Made by a program: the position numbers and the translations under genes. From assembly GCA_009923445.1 (NCBI GenBank), contig RFTN01000002.1, forward strand, positions 102,436 through 166,435: a stretch of 64,000 nucleotides of DNA, given 5' to 3'. Shown here in pieces: positions 46,235-56,246 of the stretch. A model generated the notes under the pieces. The model made no database searches, had not been told where the DNA came from, and saw nothing but the letters and a program-made list of their open reading frames with translations. The first letter of the stretch is position 1, and each line of letters begins with the position of its first letter. The DNA is from a bacterium (GTDB lineage Bacteria; Patescibacteriota; Saccharimonadia; Saccharimonadales; SZUA-47).

Positions 46235-47617
46235 TTATTGCATTGAAAATTCTTCTGAATGTATTCTACGATTTGGCACGCCCAATTGGCGCAGCTGTGA
46301 GCGTAACGAGCTCATCATAAGTGGTGGACCGCAAATAAAAATCTCTTTACCGTTTAGTCCCCCGCACATATCACTAACCTTCTGTGCCGTTAAAAAACCG
46401 TCTTGTTCTTTAGCAATATATGAAAAATAGCGAAACGACTTGTAAGTGCTAGGTAAAAATTCTGCAACAGCTTTTTGATCGAGTAATTCGGTACGATTAA
46501 CGACGCTATATACTAAATCTACTTGCGGGCTGTCAGGCATATAGCTACGAGCCATGCTCAAAAATGGCGTTATGCCAATACCGCCGGCAATCCACACTTG
46601 CGGCGCAATACCAAAACGCGTAAAGGTAAACTTGCCGTACGCACCTTCAATTTCGGCAAGGGTACCTACCTTAAGATTTTTAAGACTTGTTGTATAGTCG
46701 CCCAAAGATTTTATATACAAGCGCACATTTGCCTCACCCGGTGAACTGGCAATACTAAACGGGTGTGCTTCGCGAATAATTCCCTCTTGCTCACTCCATA
46801 AAAAGCGTATAAACACAAACTGGCCAGCTTTGTATGTCATTTTTTTCTCGAGCGGCTCCATGGTGACGCCCACAACATTACCATTTTGATGTGTTACCGC
46901 AATAACCTTGTAGGTATAGCGGCGTACAAATACATTACTCATAAGAGTACGGTACACAAAAGCACTTAGCCCAATTATCACCCAAGCTAACATATAGAAC
47001 TTTAAAAAATTATCCCTAGAAGTATCTGAGCTTATAAGCACAACATGCAAGCCAGCAAACATAAAAGCGACGCCTAGAAATTTGTGTGTCGCCAGCCAAA
47101 TACGGTATGGTAGTTTTACAAAAAACGTCAAAACTAATAGCACTACCATGCCAATAAATGCCACTATTCCGGCGTTAATAGCGAGTGATTGTTGCAACTG
47201 GTAAAACACCGTATCTGACGTAAACGCTCTTGGCAGTAAAAAAGTGGCAGCATCTTTAAACGAGCTTAGAATTTTATAGTCTATAAATTTAACGGCCAAA
47301 AATAGCGGGTGAAATACAAGCAGTATCAGTGCAATTCCGCCAGTTAAGTGATGTGCAATATACACCTTGTTTAGTCCATTAAATAAGTTTTCCATCCAGC
47401 GAGTACGTGCAGCAAGTAACAAATTTATTGCATACAACACAAGCCCAACTAAGCCCGTTAGCTTACCAAACGATGAAAAAAATGAATTAGGGTTAGCAAA
47501 CAAGTAAGAAACATCTTGCAGCATTACCCAGCGAATAACTGGAATAGTGCAGAATAGTCCTATAAGCATCCATCCACCGTATGACTCAATCCACTGCTTG
47601 AAATCTTTTTTACTCAT
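46235..47617 (-). CDS. NOX/ferric-reductase-like transmembrane flavocytochrome
   Basis: 6-TM ferric-reductase domain with two His pairs spaced 13 residues apart (HLTGGIALILLVFH and HKFLGVAFMFAGLH). FAD motif HPFSIASSP, NAD(P)H motif AGGIGITPF, and CGPPLMM. Confidence 0.8.
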   Translation of the reverse strand: MSKKDFKQWIESYGGWMLIGLFCTIPVIRWVMLQDVSYLFANPNSFFSSFGKLTGLVGLVLYAINLLLAARTRWMENLFNGLNKVYIAHHLTGGIALILLVFHPLFLAVKFIDYKILSSFKDAATFLLPRAFTSDTVFYQLQQSLAINAGIVAFIGMVVLLVLTFFVKLPYRIWLATHKFLGVAFMFAGLHVVLISSDTSRDNFLKFYMLAWVIIGLSAFVYRTLMSNVFVRRYTYKVIAVTHQNGNVVGVTMEPLEKKMTYKAGQFVFIRFLWSEQEGIIREAHPFSIASSPGEANVRLYIKSLGDYTTSLKNLKVGTLAEIEGAYGKFTFTRFGIAPQVWIAGGIGITPFLSMARSYMPDSPQVDLVYSVVNRTELLDQKAVAEFLPSTYKSFRYFSYIAKEQDGFLTAQKVSDMCGGLNGKEIFICGPPLMMSSLRSQLRQLGVPNRRIHSEEFSMQ

Positions 47618-47700
47618 TACTTAGCCTTAGTATAGCCGACGATTACTCTATACTGCTAACGTTATGGCTTAAATAGAACAACTCTAACTACTGTAAACTT

Positions 47701-48276
47701 TTACAATTTTTGCAATATTGTATTGGCTACCGAATCAGAAAATTTCTTTAGTGCGGAACCGTTAGATGAGCCTACTTTTGAAGCGCTAATCTCATATACA
47801 ACTGCTCCTTTTAAAATATAGTGCGCGCCGGTCGCATAAATGTCTCGGGTATTAGCAGTTGCAAGTTTACCGGGTTCGGTATAAATAATATTTTTTATAT
47901 ATTCGTTGTAGGCTTTGGTTGCAATTTGCTCGGTTTTGTATGTTTTTATTACTATGTCAATGTATGATATGTTGTTTGCTAAATATGTATGCGTGCAACT
48001 ATCTATGCGCGGGCTACCCAGCCTCACCGCAGCAGTTAATGCATCAGAAGGTATAATAGTTCCGCTGCTTATTATTTGCTTAACTTCTAAAAACATTCCA
48101 GCTTCTTTACTGGTTAGTAGTCCACAGGCCAGGCCAGGTTTTAATTGTTGTCTAAAAGCCGCCGATTTTGATTCAAATGCTTGACGTTGTAGATGTGCTA
48201 TTTTGTTTTGCTGAATAGATAGAGCAATTAAGCATCCTACAAAAAGTATTACTAAAAAAGCACGGCTTCGCTTCAT
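47701..48276 (-). CDS. Secreted or lipoprotein-like protein, function unknown
   Basis: Signal peptide with a lipobox-like LFVGC. The start is 3 nt after the ABC transporter stop. Confidence 0.55.
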   Translation of the reverse strand: MKRSRAFLVILFVGCLIALSIQQNKIAHLQRQAFESKSAAFRQQLKPGLACGLLTSKEAGMFLEVKQIISSGTIIPSDALTAAVRLGSPRIDSCTHTYLANNISYIDIVIKTYKTEQIATKAYNEYIKNIIYTEPGKLATANTRDIYATGAHYILKGAVVYEISASKVGSSNGSALKKFSDSVANTILQKL

Positions 48277-48279
48277 GAA

Positions 48280-50511
48280 CTACTCAGTTCTTAAAGCCTC
48301 TACCGGGTCAAGCTTGGCGGCCTTACGTGACGGCAACCAGCCGGAAAAGATCGACACAAAGATTAGTATAATTATAAGTATACCGACTTGAAGTGGCTCA
48401 AAGATTATAAGATTACCGTCATAATCAATTGCTTTACGAATAGCCGGATTACCGATTAACCCCGCAATAAGTGACAAGCCAGTGCCAATTAGTCCGCCAA
48501 AGAGCCCTATAAGTGCCGCTTCGATACGGAAAAGGCGACCAACATCACGCCTACGCATACCGAGTGCTTTCATTAGCCCTATTTCACGTGTACGCTGTAG
48601 TACGCTAATGTACATCGTGTTAATAATGCCGAAAATTGACGCAACAACAGCAATGGCACCAAAAGTGACAACTATTGCCTGTAGAATTCCGATTGCTTGG
48701 TTTAAGAATGCCTGAGTCTCTTTAACGCTCAAAGAGTAGTAACCAAGATCCTTAATCTCTTTTTGGGCAGCTAGCAGATTACTTGGGGTTTCGCCGTTTT
48801 TAACCTTGACGTTAACTGTAAAGAACTTGCCAAAATCTGCGGTACCTGCCGTGCTTATATCTTGCAAACTGCGTGCATCACTGTTGTTAATGTACATGTA
48901 TAATTCTGTACCAGGTTGTGAAGTTGTCGGTTTTTTGAGAACTGCTGCGATTGTAAATTCTTTTAACACAATACTTGACGCTGTTATTTCATCAAGTTTT
49001 TGGGGGTTGGACTGAATTTCTAGTAGGACTGCCGGGTCTAAAGTAGCAGGATTTATTGGCTTACGCAAAGCCACAGTAATTTTTTGTCCGATTGCTTCGC
49101 TATCTGATGTAAAACCAAGTGATTGAACAAATGCTTCAGGTATCAAAATTGTTTGATTTTCAGGCGGTCGCTTTAGCTCACCACTCAGAATTTCTGGATT
49201 TTGTGATGGGCTTAAGCCTGCGATGGTAGTAACATACTTTTTTTGACCCTCACGTGTTACATATAGTACGTTGAGCTGTATGCCTTCACGAACCGATTCG
49301 ACACCGTCTAGTGCCTTTATCTTTTTTATGTCTTCGTCTGTGATGCGCTTAATCTGAATTGTTGCGCCTGCCCCAGAAGCCGTAGAGCCAAAACTCGGGT
49401 CGTAAAGCTGCGGAGTAGATGGTGCAGCGTTAGTAGTAATTGACTCGTCGGCAGCAACAATGAGTTCTGCTGGGTCAAAATTGTCTGAAATGATTTGATC
49501 AACAAATTTTTGGGCACCATTACTTGCAGCTAAAGTTAAGCTGAGCGCGAAGGTGCCAACAGCTATAGCCAGTGCCGTTAAAAAGGTACGGCCTTTTGCT
49601 GACTTTAGTGTTCGCCCACTGCGCAAAATTAAGGTATAAAATAAACTAACTGATGATGGCAAATTTTTAATTGTTCGCACTAGAGCGCCGGGCCATCTGT
49701 CTATACGTATGATTGCGGTTGCAATTGCTAATGTCTCTTTTACGATATGGTTCATCGATGCTGCAAGTTTTGACTGTGCTTTAGTGACCGCTTTTTTAAT
49801 TAATCCAGGTCCTTTTGTTTCATACGCAGCCTTTACGTCGCCAGTTATTTTGGTAATTTTGCCGTCTTGCACATGAATTTGTGCGTCGCAACGGTTAGCG
49901 AGGTCGTGATCATGCGTGACCATAACGAGTGTCGCACCGAGCGTTTTGTTAAGTCCAAATAATATTTGTACTATTTTTTCACCTGTTGTGCTATCAAGAT
50001 TACCTGTAGGTTCGTCGGCAAAAATTAATTTTGGCTTATTAACAATGGCACGTGCAATTGCAAGGCGCTGCTTTTGGCCACCCGATAAATTGCGCGCCTT
50101 ACTATCGGCTTTATCTTCGAGACCAACTTCTTTTAAGGCCTGTAGTGCTAGTTGTTTGCGTTTGCGTAGTGGTACGGCGGCAATTTCGAGCGGTAAACTA
50201 ACATTGTTTACGCAAGATTGGTTGGCCTCTATAAAAAATGACTGAAAAATAAAGCCCATTTGTTTGTTACGAAACACGTCAACTTGTTTTTCGCTCATTT
50301 TTGTCAGGTCTTTGTCTGCAACTGTAACGATACCACTTGTGGCGTGATCGAGACCACTCATTACATGCATGAGCGTACTTTTGCCTGAGCCACTTTTACC
50401 TATAATAGCAACGCTGGCACCGTCTGCAACAAATACTGACACATCATTAAGAGCTTTAAATTCCCCAGATTTTTTACCATATACTTTACTGACGTTTTTT
50501 AAATCTATCAT
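48280..50511 (-). CDS. Fused ABC transporter (ATPase plus MacB/FtsX-type permease)
   Basis: N-terminal Walker A GKSGSGKST, signature LSGGQKQR and Walker B IFADEPTGNLD. C-terminal 4-TM FtsX-like permease with a large extracytoplasmic domain. Confidence 0.85.
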   Translation of the reverse strand: MIDLKNVSKVYGKKSGEFKALNDVSVFVADGASVAIIGKSGSGKSTLMHVMSGLDHATSGIVTVADKDLTKMSEKQVDVFRNKQMGFIFQSFFIEANQSCVNNVSLPLEIAAVPLRKRKQLALQALKEVGLEDKADSKARNLSGGQKQRLAIARAIVNKPKLIFADEPTGNLDSTTGEKIVQILFGLNKTLGATLVMVTHDHDLANRCDAQIHVQDGKITKITGDVKAAYETKGPGLIKKAVTKAQSKLAASMNHIVKETLAIATAIIRIDRWPGALVRTIKNLPSSVSLFYTLILRSGRTLKSAKGRTFLTALAIAVGTFALSLTLAASNGAQKFVDQIISDNFDPAELIVAADESITTNAAPSTPQLYDPSFGSTASGAGATIQIKRITDEDIKKIKALDGVESVREGIQLNVLYVTREGQKKYVTTIAGLSPSQNPEILSGELKRPPENQTILIPEAFVQSLGFTSDSEAIGQKITVALRKPINPATLDPAVLLEIQSNPQKLDEITASSIVLKEFTIAAVLKKPTTSQPGTELYMYINNSDARSLQDISTAGTADFGKFFTVNVKVKNGETPSNLLAAQKEIKDLGYYSLSVKETQAFLNQAIGILQAIVVTFGAIAVVASIFGIINTMYISVLQRTREIGLMKALGMRRRDVGRLFRIEAALIGLFGGLIGTGLSLIAGLIGNPAIRKAIDYDGNLIIFEPLQVGILIIILIFVSIFSGWLPSRKAAKLDPVEALRTE

Positions 50512-50731
50512 GTATATACTCCTTTAAAATCTTAATGTTGGGATGTACTAGTGCTAAGTTTGGCGTAGCGTAAAACTAAACAACTTGACTGTTACAACAA
50601 TGAGACGATTTAGTTACTTTGCTTCCTGTGCGTTGGTCTCATAACTATATCATAGCAGCTAAGGGGGTGGTTGTGACAGTATGTGGCATAAGCATTTTGC
50701 TTTTAACGAGGTTGTGCTAATCTACATTTGA

Positions 50732-51283
50732 ATGGTTACAAAAAAACAATCTGTACTACAGGCTAACTTACAAACTTCTGCCCGTGCCGGCTTTTTATTT
50801 ATTTTGGCTTACGCGATATACATTGTAGTTTTTGATGCTGGTAACGTACTTACCAGGCAAGCCGTGTATTACCGCTGGATGATTTTAACCACCTTACTCA
50901 TTACGAATATAGTGTACTGGTCATTTACAAAAAAAACTTCTTCACGGGTGCGACTTACCTATGCAGTATGGATTTGTGCTTTAGCCCAATTGGTATTAGC
51001 AGGATTTAGCGTGTACTGGGAGCGCGGCATGGCCAGTATGTCTACGGTTTTATTTACGCTGCCGATTATGAATGTTGCGCTGCTTGGTAGTCGCACCTAT
51101 ACGCTTGCCACTGCCGCGCTGGCGTGTGCCGTGTACATAACCGCCTGCACAAAATACTTTTATGACTATTTTAACGAGGGTTACCGCGTGCAATTATACG
51201 GGCAACTATTCTTTTTTAGTGCAGTTTTTTTAATTATTGGCTACCTAATTGGTCGTTTAGCTCATACTGCGTATAAAAAGTAA
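50732..51283 (+). CDS. Polytopic membrane protein, function unknown
   Basis: 183 aa with about 6 hydrophobic helices. One of the few plus-strand genes. Confidence 0.55.
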   Translation: MVTKKQSVLQANLQTSARAGFLFILAYAIYIVVFDAGNVLTRQAVYYRWMILTTLLITNIVYWSFTKKTSSRVRLTYAVWICALAQLVLAGFSVYWERGMASMSTVLFTLPIMNVALLGSRTYTLATAALACAVYITACTKYFYDYFNEGYRVQLYGQLFFFSAVFLIIGYLIGRLAHTAYKK

Positions 51284-51691
51284 ACTAAGTGCTAAGTATA
51301 CAAACTCAAATGGCCAGTTGTAGGGTTTTTCGTATTTTTGAATAATGCTGTGAAATTTGTTAAAGCCACTTTTTGGCTTAGGGGGTAATTGACCTCGTTT
51401 TTCTTGTATTATGAATTTATATACCCATGCAAGGTCTGGACTGGTTGCAATAAAGCCCACAAACACACTGTAAAATCCTAAATAATGCCAACTAAACAAT
51501 AGCGCGATACTTAAACATAATGCATCAATAATCCAGACGTATTTTACTTTTGCTAGCGACAGTCCGCCGCCATAATGCGGCAGCGAGTCGGCTACCAAAT
51601 GACTTGCAAATGAAATAGGTAGCGCAAGTAAGGGCTGTTTAATTATTAACGAGACACCTACCCCAATTAAAAAATGATTTGTAGCAGTCAT
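51257..51691 (-). CDS. Membrane protein (possibly YdjM/DUF457-like hydrolase)
   Basis: 4-5 TM helices with His/Asp positions (NHFLIG and SHLVADSLPH). The ATG at 51691 lies 1 nt after the lysS stop. Function tentative. Confidence 0.45.
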   Translation of the reverse strand: MTATNHFLIGVGVSLIIKQPLLALPISFASHLVADSLPHYGGGLSLAKVKYVWIIDALCLSIALLFSWHYLGFYSVFVGFIATSPDLAWVYKFIIQEKRGQLPPKPKSGFNKFHSIIQKYEKPYNWPFEFVYLALSLLFIRSMS

Positions 51692-51692
51692 G

Positions 51693-53171
51693 TTACTTAT
51701 CGGTGCGTAATGCTGGGAACGGCACACCTTCTCGCGCGGTTACTCCCTCTAGCATCCAAAATAGTCGTTCGCTGTGACCATAGCCGCAGGCCGGCGGCAT
51801 GCCGTACTCTAGCGCCTCTACGTAGTCAGTATCTAGCATCATTGCCTCGTCGTCACCGGCATCACGCAATGCTTGCTGTTCGTTAAACCTAGCAAGCTGG
51901 TCAAGCGGGTCGTTAAGCTCACTATAAGCCTTGCACGCTTCGGTACCACCTAATAACAAGTTAAATTGCTCTGATAAACGCGGGTCATTTGCCTGTACTT
52001 TAGCAAGTGGTTGTAAAAAGGTTGGAATATCGACTAAAAATGCTGGCCCGTTTAGCTCAACACGAATCTTTTTCCATAGCTTGTCTATACAGCGGTTTAT
52101 GTTGTCGGCTTTTTCAACTTTGACACCGTTTTCTTTTACTTTTGCTTGTACTTCTTTAAGTGACGTGTTAAACACATCTATGCCGTAGCGTTCTTTTATA
52201 ATGCCCACAAAACTAACTTTTGGCCAGTCAGTGCCGTCGGCACCTAAGTCAACTTGCATACCATTAGCCAGCGTAAACTGGCGTGTGCCCCATGTTTTGT
52301 CAGCAATAGCCCGCACCATGTCTTGGGTAAGCTGCATGCCCATTTGCCAGTTAGCATAGGCCCAGTACCACTCCATAGCAACATGCTCGGGTAGGTGTTC
52401 GTCGCTGTAGTTTTCGTTTCTAAACCGTGGGCCTATATCAAAGACCTTTTCATAGCCGCCTACCAATAATCTTTTTAATGGTAATTCGTGACTAATGCGT
52501 AAGTAAAAATCTTGATCGAGTGCGTCCATGTGCGTTACAAACGGGTTGGCATCTGCCCCACCGGCAATGCTCTCAAGCACAGGAATATTAATTTCAATAA
52601 AGCCCTGCCCTATTAAATATTCGCGCGTTGCTTGCCAGAACTTGCTGCGCCGAATGTAGCGTTGATATACATCGGGGTTAACGTTAGTGTCGACATAACG
52701 GCGACGTAGGCGCTCCTCTTTATCGGTAAAACCTTCTTGCTCAGTTGGCAGTGGGCGCAGTGCTTTAGTAAGCATACGAATTGTAGCGACTTTTACAGAT
52801 ATTTCGCCTGTTTGCGTTTTTATAACCTCACCGTGACACTGAATAAAATCACCCGTGTCAAGCAGTGGGATATTACTAATTGCAAGTTCGTTGTTAGTGT
52901 AGTCAGGCTGCGCGTCAGATGCTGTCCAAAAAAGTTGCAATTGTGCGCTGTCGTCTTTAATAACCACAAAAGCAATTTTGCCAAATTTACGGAGTGACTG
53001 TATGCGGCCAACCACGGTAACTTGCGTGCCTTCTAAAGCTTTAAAATCATCTTTGATTTGTAGGTTTTTATGGGTACGCTCGGCATTAGCTGGGTACGGG
53101 TTTACACCAAGCTCTTTTAGCTCGGCTAGTTTACGTAATCGCTCGTCTCTAAAGTCTTTTAATGTTGCCAT
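51693..53171 (-). CDS. lysS: Lysine--tRNA ligase (class II)
   Basis: N-terminal OB anticodon-binding domain and a class II core (FRNENYSDEHLPE and GGADANPF), 492 aa. Confidence 0.95.
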   Translation of the reverse strand: MATLKDFRDERLRKLAELKELGVNPYPANAERTHKNLQIKDDFKALEGTQVTVVGRIQSLRKFGKIAFVVIKDDSAQLQLFWTASDAQPDYTNNELAISNIPLLDTGDFIQCHGEVIKTQTGEISVKVATIRMLTKALRPLPTEQEGFTDKEERLRRRYVDTNVNPDVYQRYIRRSKFWQATREYLIGQGFIEINIPVLESIAGGADANPFVTHMDALDQDFYLRISHELPLKRLLVGGYEKVFDIGPRFRNENYSDEHLPEHVAMEWYWAYANWQMGMQLTQDMVRAIADKTWGTRQFTLANGMQVDLGADGTDWPKVSFVGIIKERYGIDVFNTSLKEVQAKVKENGVKVEKADNINRCIDKLWKKIRVELNGPAFLVDIPTFLQPLAKVQANDPRLSEQFNLLLGGTEACKAYSELNDPLDQLARFNEQQALRDAGDDEAMMLDTDYVEALEYGMPPACGYGHSERLFWMLEGVTAREGVPFPALRTDK

Positions 53172-53204
53172 ACTATACAGGTTACAGGCTTTAGCGCTTA
53201 GGGT

Positions 53205-53480
53205 CTAGTACCAAGGGAAAATTTGTAGTGATGAGGTTAAAACATCTACCCATGCTTGCTGGTAGGCAGTTTTTGGCTTACTACGGTCTTTAGACATTTG
53301 TATAGTAACTAAAATAAGTGAGCCTAACATAGCTAAAGTTACCATACCAAAACTTATCAATACAAAAGTCAACACAGTCGTCGCCGAAAATAGGCCCAAC
53401 AGTGCCGTAACTAATGAAATAATAAGTAGTAATATACCTACTATGAATAATAAGCTAACAGCGTACTTTAATTTTTTCAT
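53205..53480 (-). CDS. Small two-TM membrane protein
   Basis: ATG at 53480, directly after the greA stop. Two hydrophobic helices. Confidence 0.5.
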   Translation of the reverse strand: MKKLKYAVSLLFIVGILLLIISLVTALLGLFSATTVLTFVLISFGMVTLAMLGSLILVTIQMSKDRSKPKTAYQQAWVDVLTSSLQIFPWY

Positions 53481-53481
53481 T

Positions 53482-53943
53482 TTAACTGATATCTGTGATT
53501 TTGTAGGTTGTGGTGTCGGCTGGAGTTTTGATTTCGACAGATTCACCGCTTTTTTTACCAAGTAATGCTTGACCTATTGGTGATTCGTCGCTAATTTTAC
53601 CATTTAATGGGTCGGCTTCGACCGTACCTACTACCTGAAACTGCTTAGTTTTACCATCGTCACTTTTAAGCGCAACCGTGCTGCCTAGTTGAACTTTGGC
53701 ATCGCCGCGAGGAGCTTTAATAAGCTCAACATTTGCTAGAATATTTTCTATTTCACCGATACGATTTTCGGCTTTTTCTTGCTCTTGTCTTGCTGAACTG
53801 TATTCGGCGTTTTCTGCTAAATCACCAAATTCACGAGCTGTCTTGATACGCTCAGCAACTTCGCTACGCTGCGAAATAAGCAGTGCAACTTCTGCCTTTA
53901 GCTCGTCGATACCTGATTGAGTTAGTTTGAATTGTTTTTTCAT
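53482..53943 (-). CDS. greA: Transcription elongation factor GreA
   Basis: Coiled-coil N-terminal domain with the acidic tip (DLAENAEY) and a C-terminal globular domain (ISDESPIGQALLGKKSGE). ATG at 53943 chosen. Confidence 0.9.
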   Translation of the reverse strand: MKKQFKLTQSGIDELKAEVALLISQRSEVAERIKTAREFGDLAENAEYSSARQEQEKAENRIGEIENILANVELIKAPRGDAKVQLGSTVALKSDDGKTKQFQVVGTVEADPLNGKISDESPIGQALLGKKSGESVEIKTPADTTTYKITDIS

Positions 53944-53969
53944 AAATATATATACCTTTACTGTGTCAT

Positions 53970-53993
53970 AAAAAAAATTAAGCATTATGCTTA
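53970..53993 (-). terminator. Weak candidate terminator after proS
   Basis: TAAGCA-taa-TGCTTA stem followed by an 8-nt U run on the minus strand. The stem is short and A/T-rich. Confidence 0.35.
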
Positions 53994-54149
53994 TTTGTAC
54001 AACCCTGCCATTGCGTATGATAACAAATTTGCACTACCATAGCTAGGCTTTGTTACTACCCTTCCGCACCATAGATAGCGCTTATGCGACTACTGTTAGC
54101 TACGGGACTTTAGTGTACCAAACACTGTGTCTAAACTGCAAGTATTGTA

Positions 54150-55397
54150 TTACACAAACTTAGCAATAAGCTCGGTGTGGCTAAGCATTTGTGCGTCAGT
54201 GTCGGTACGGCCTTTATACTCGTATACACTACTGGCTAGCGTTTTTTCGCTTATCACAATGCGGTACGGGATACCCATTAAATCAGCGTCTGCAAACTTC
54301 TCGCCTGGGCGAACGTTGCGGTCGTCGTACAAAACTTCGATACCTTTTTTGGTTAATTGCTCATATAATTTTTCAGCCTCGGTTGTAACTTCGACAGAAT
54401 CGCCAAGTGGTGCCAAATATACCTTAAACGGCGCAATGTTTTCGGGCCATACCAGTCCGCGGTCGTCGGCAAAATGCTCTGCTAGCAAGCCTACGAGACG
54501 ACTTGGGCCAATACCATAACTTCCCATAAATACAGGTTGCTTGGTACCGTCTTCGGCCGCATAATTTAAATCTAGAGCGTCAGAAAACTTCGTTCCTAGT
54601 GTAAAAATATTACCTACTTCGACTGCAGTTTTTTCTACCAAATCATTTTTATCAATGCCCAAATCCTTCATTACTTCATCGGTATAGACTTCTTGATTAA
54701 GGGCTATTCCCTTACCCTCATGAATAAAAATTGTGTCCTCGCCAACGGGGCTGACTGTTTGGAATTCGTCACTAAATTTACTAAAGCTACCACCACTGGC
54801 AAAGGTGCGGTACGTAATGTCCCCGATACCCAAGCGGTCAAAAATAACTTTGTACGCTGCTGCACATTTTTCATAAAAAGCTTCGTGCTCGGCTCGATCT
54901 TTACTAAATGAGTATAGGTCTTTCATAGTAAATTCGCGACCACGCATGAGTCCACTCTTGCTTCGCAGCTCATTACGAAACTTTATCTGAAACTGATACG
55001 GATAACTCGGCAAATCTTTGTACGAGTCTATGAAATTTTTCATAAGTGCCGTTAGGGGTTCTTCGTGCGTTGGTGCTAAGCCAAGCTCGGTACCGTTAGC
55101 TAGCGTGGTTCTAAACCATACATCCATGACATCGTCACTCCAGCGTCCACTCGCCTCCCAAACATCTTTTTGCTGCAGCGCAGTCAAGCTAATCTCATTC
55201 CCGCCAATGGCGTTCATTTCTTCGCGGATAATTTGTATAACATTCTCGAGCACTCGTTTACCAAGCGGCAAAAAAGTATATACACCGGCCATTTCTTTGT
55301 GTACAAAGCCTGCCCTAATAAGTAGCTGGGCATTTTTTGCGGTTTCGTCTGCTGGTGCTTGTTTACGAGTGCGTGTAAATAACTGAGATGATTTCAT
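54150..55397 (-). CDS. proS: Proline--tRNA ligase, bacterial-type N-terminus without INS editing domain
   Basis: MKSSQLFTRTRKQAPADETAKNAQLLIRAGF start, motif 2 FRNELRSKSGLMRGREF, motif 3 GSYGIGPSRL. Only 415 aa, with no insertion between motifs 2 and 3. Confidence 0.92.
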   Translation of the reverse strand: MKSSQLFTRTRKQAPADETAKNAQLLIRAGFVHKEMAGVYTFLPLGKRVLENVIQIIREEMNAIGGNEISLTALQQKDVWEASGRWSDDVMDVWFRTTLANGTELGLAPTHEEPLTALMKNFIDSYKDLPSYPYQFQIKFRNELRSKSGLMRGREFTMKDLYSFSKDRAEHEAFYEKCAAAYKVIFDRLGIGDITYRTFASGGSFSKFSDEFQTVSPVGEDTIFIHEGKGIALNQEVYTDEVMKDLGIDKNDLVEKTAVEVGNIFTLGTKFSDALDLNYAAEDGTKQPVFMGSYGIGPSRLVGLLAEHFADDRGLVWPENIAPFKVYLAPLGDSVEVTTEAEKLYEQLTKKGIEVLYDDRNVRPGEKFADADLMGIPYRIVISEKTLASSVYEYKGRTDTDAQMLSHTELIAKFV

Positions 55398-55493
55398 ATG
55401 TTACAGTTTACATGAAACTAAACTAAGATAACAGCATGTGGCAAATATGGGCGTACTTCTTTTGCGTAATACATATACGCATGTACAGGCTAC

Positions 55494-56246
55494 TTACTTA
55501 AGAACAAACAGCGTAACAAATGCTATAAGGTTTTTGACGGCGTGTATGCCAATTGCCGGGTAAAGCGAGTTTGTTTTATGGGTCACATACACTAGTACCA
55601 ATGACAGTACAAACGTATCCAGGGCGGCAGCAAAGTTAGGCGATACGCCACTGCCTAGTTCGAGATGTGCCGCCGCAAACAATACACTCACAACAATTGC
55701 AGACGCATACACGTTAATATATTTTTTTAGATTAGTGAGTAAATAGCCTCGAAACACGATTTCTTCGACTATTGGTGGCAAAATAACCAATGACAAAAAT
55801 GCCCACAGTAGTCCAAAGCCACTTGGGTTAACAAAACCAAGTTGCTGACTTTGATTAGTATCGATAAGTCCTGTTTGACTAATAATGGCAAAAACAGTAA
55901 TAAAAGTTACAAAATACAGCGCAAAACCTTTAATAGTCCAAATCGCATCACGCCGCTTAGGCCTACCACTAAGTCCTATAGTTTTGAATGTTTGTTTGCT
56001 ACGTTTTAGTAGCAAATAGATAAAATAAACCGTTATTAGCTCGACTGTTAAAATAAGCAAAAAACGGATTACTTCATGTGATTCAAGCGCCCACGAAACG
56101 TATTGCTCCTTCATTCCAAACGCAGTCAATAGCGACGTAAGTATGGTTGCACCGACTAATTGCCCACCCAAAAACGCTAAGACCGTGAATAAAACTACCC
56201 TTACGGCAAACAACCACTGCTTATAGTTGCCTACCGGCTTGTTCAC
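55494..56246 (-). CDS. CPBP (CAAX) family intramembrane metalloprotease
   Basis: EEIVFRGYL and FAAAHL motifs in a polytopic membrane protein. Confidence 0.85.
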   Translation of the reverse strand: MNKPVGNYKQWLFAVRVVLFTVLAFLGGQLVGATILTSLLTAFGMKEQYVSWALESHEVIRFLLILTVELITVYFIYLLLKRSKQTFKTIGLSGRPKRRDAIWTIKGFALYFVTFITVFAIISQTGLIDTNQSQQLGFVNPSGFGLLWAFLSLVILPPIVEEIVFRGYLLTNLKKYINVYASAIVVSVLFAAAHLELGSGVSPNFAAALDTFVLSLVLVYVTHKTNSLYPAIGIHAVKNLIAFVTLFVLK

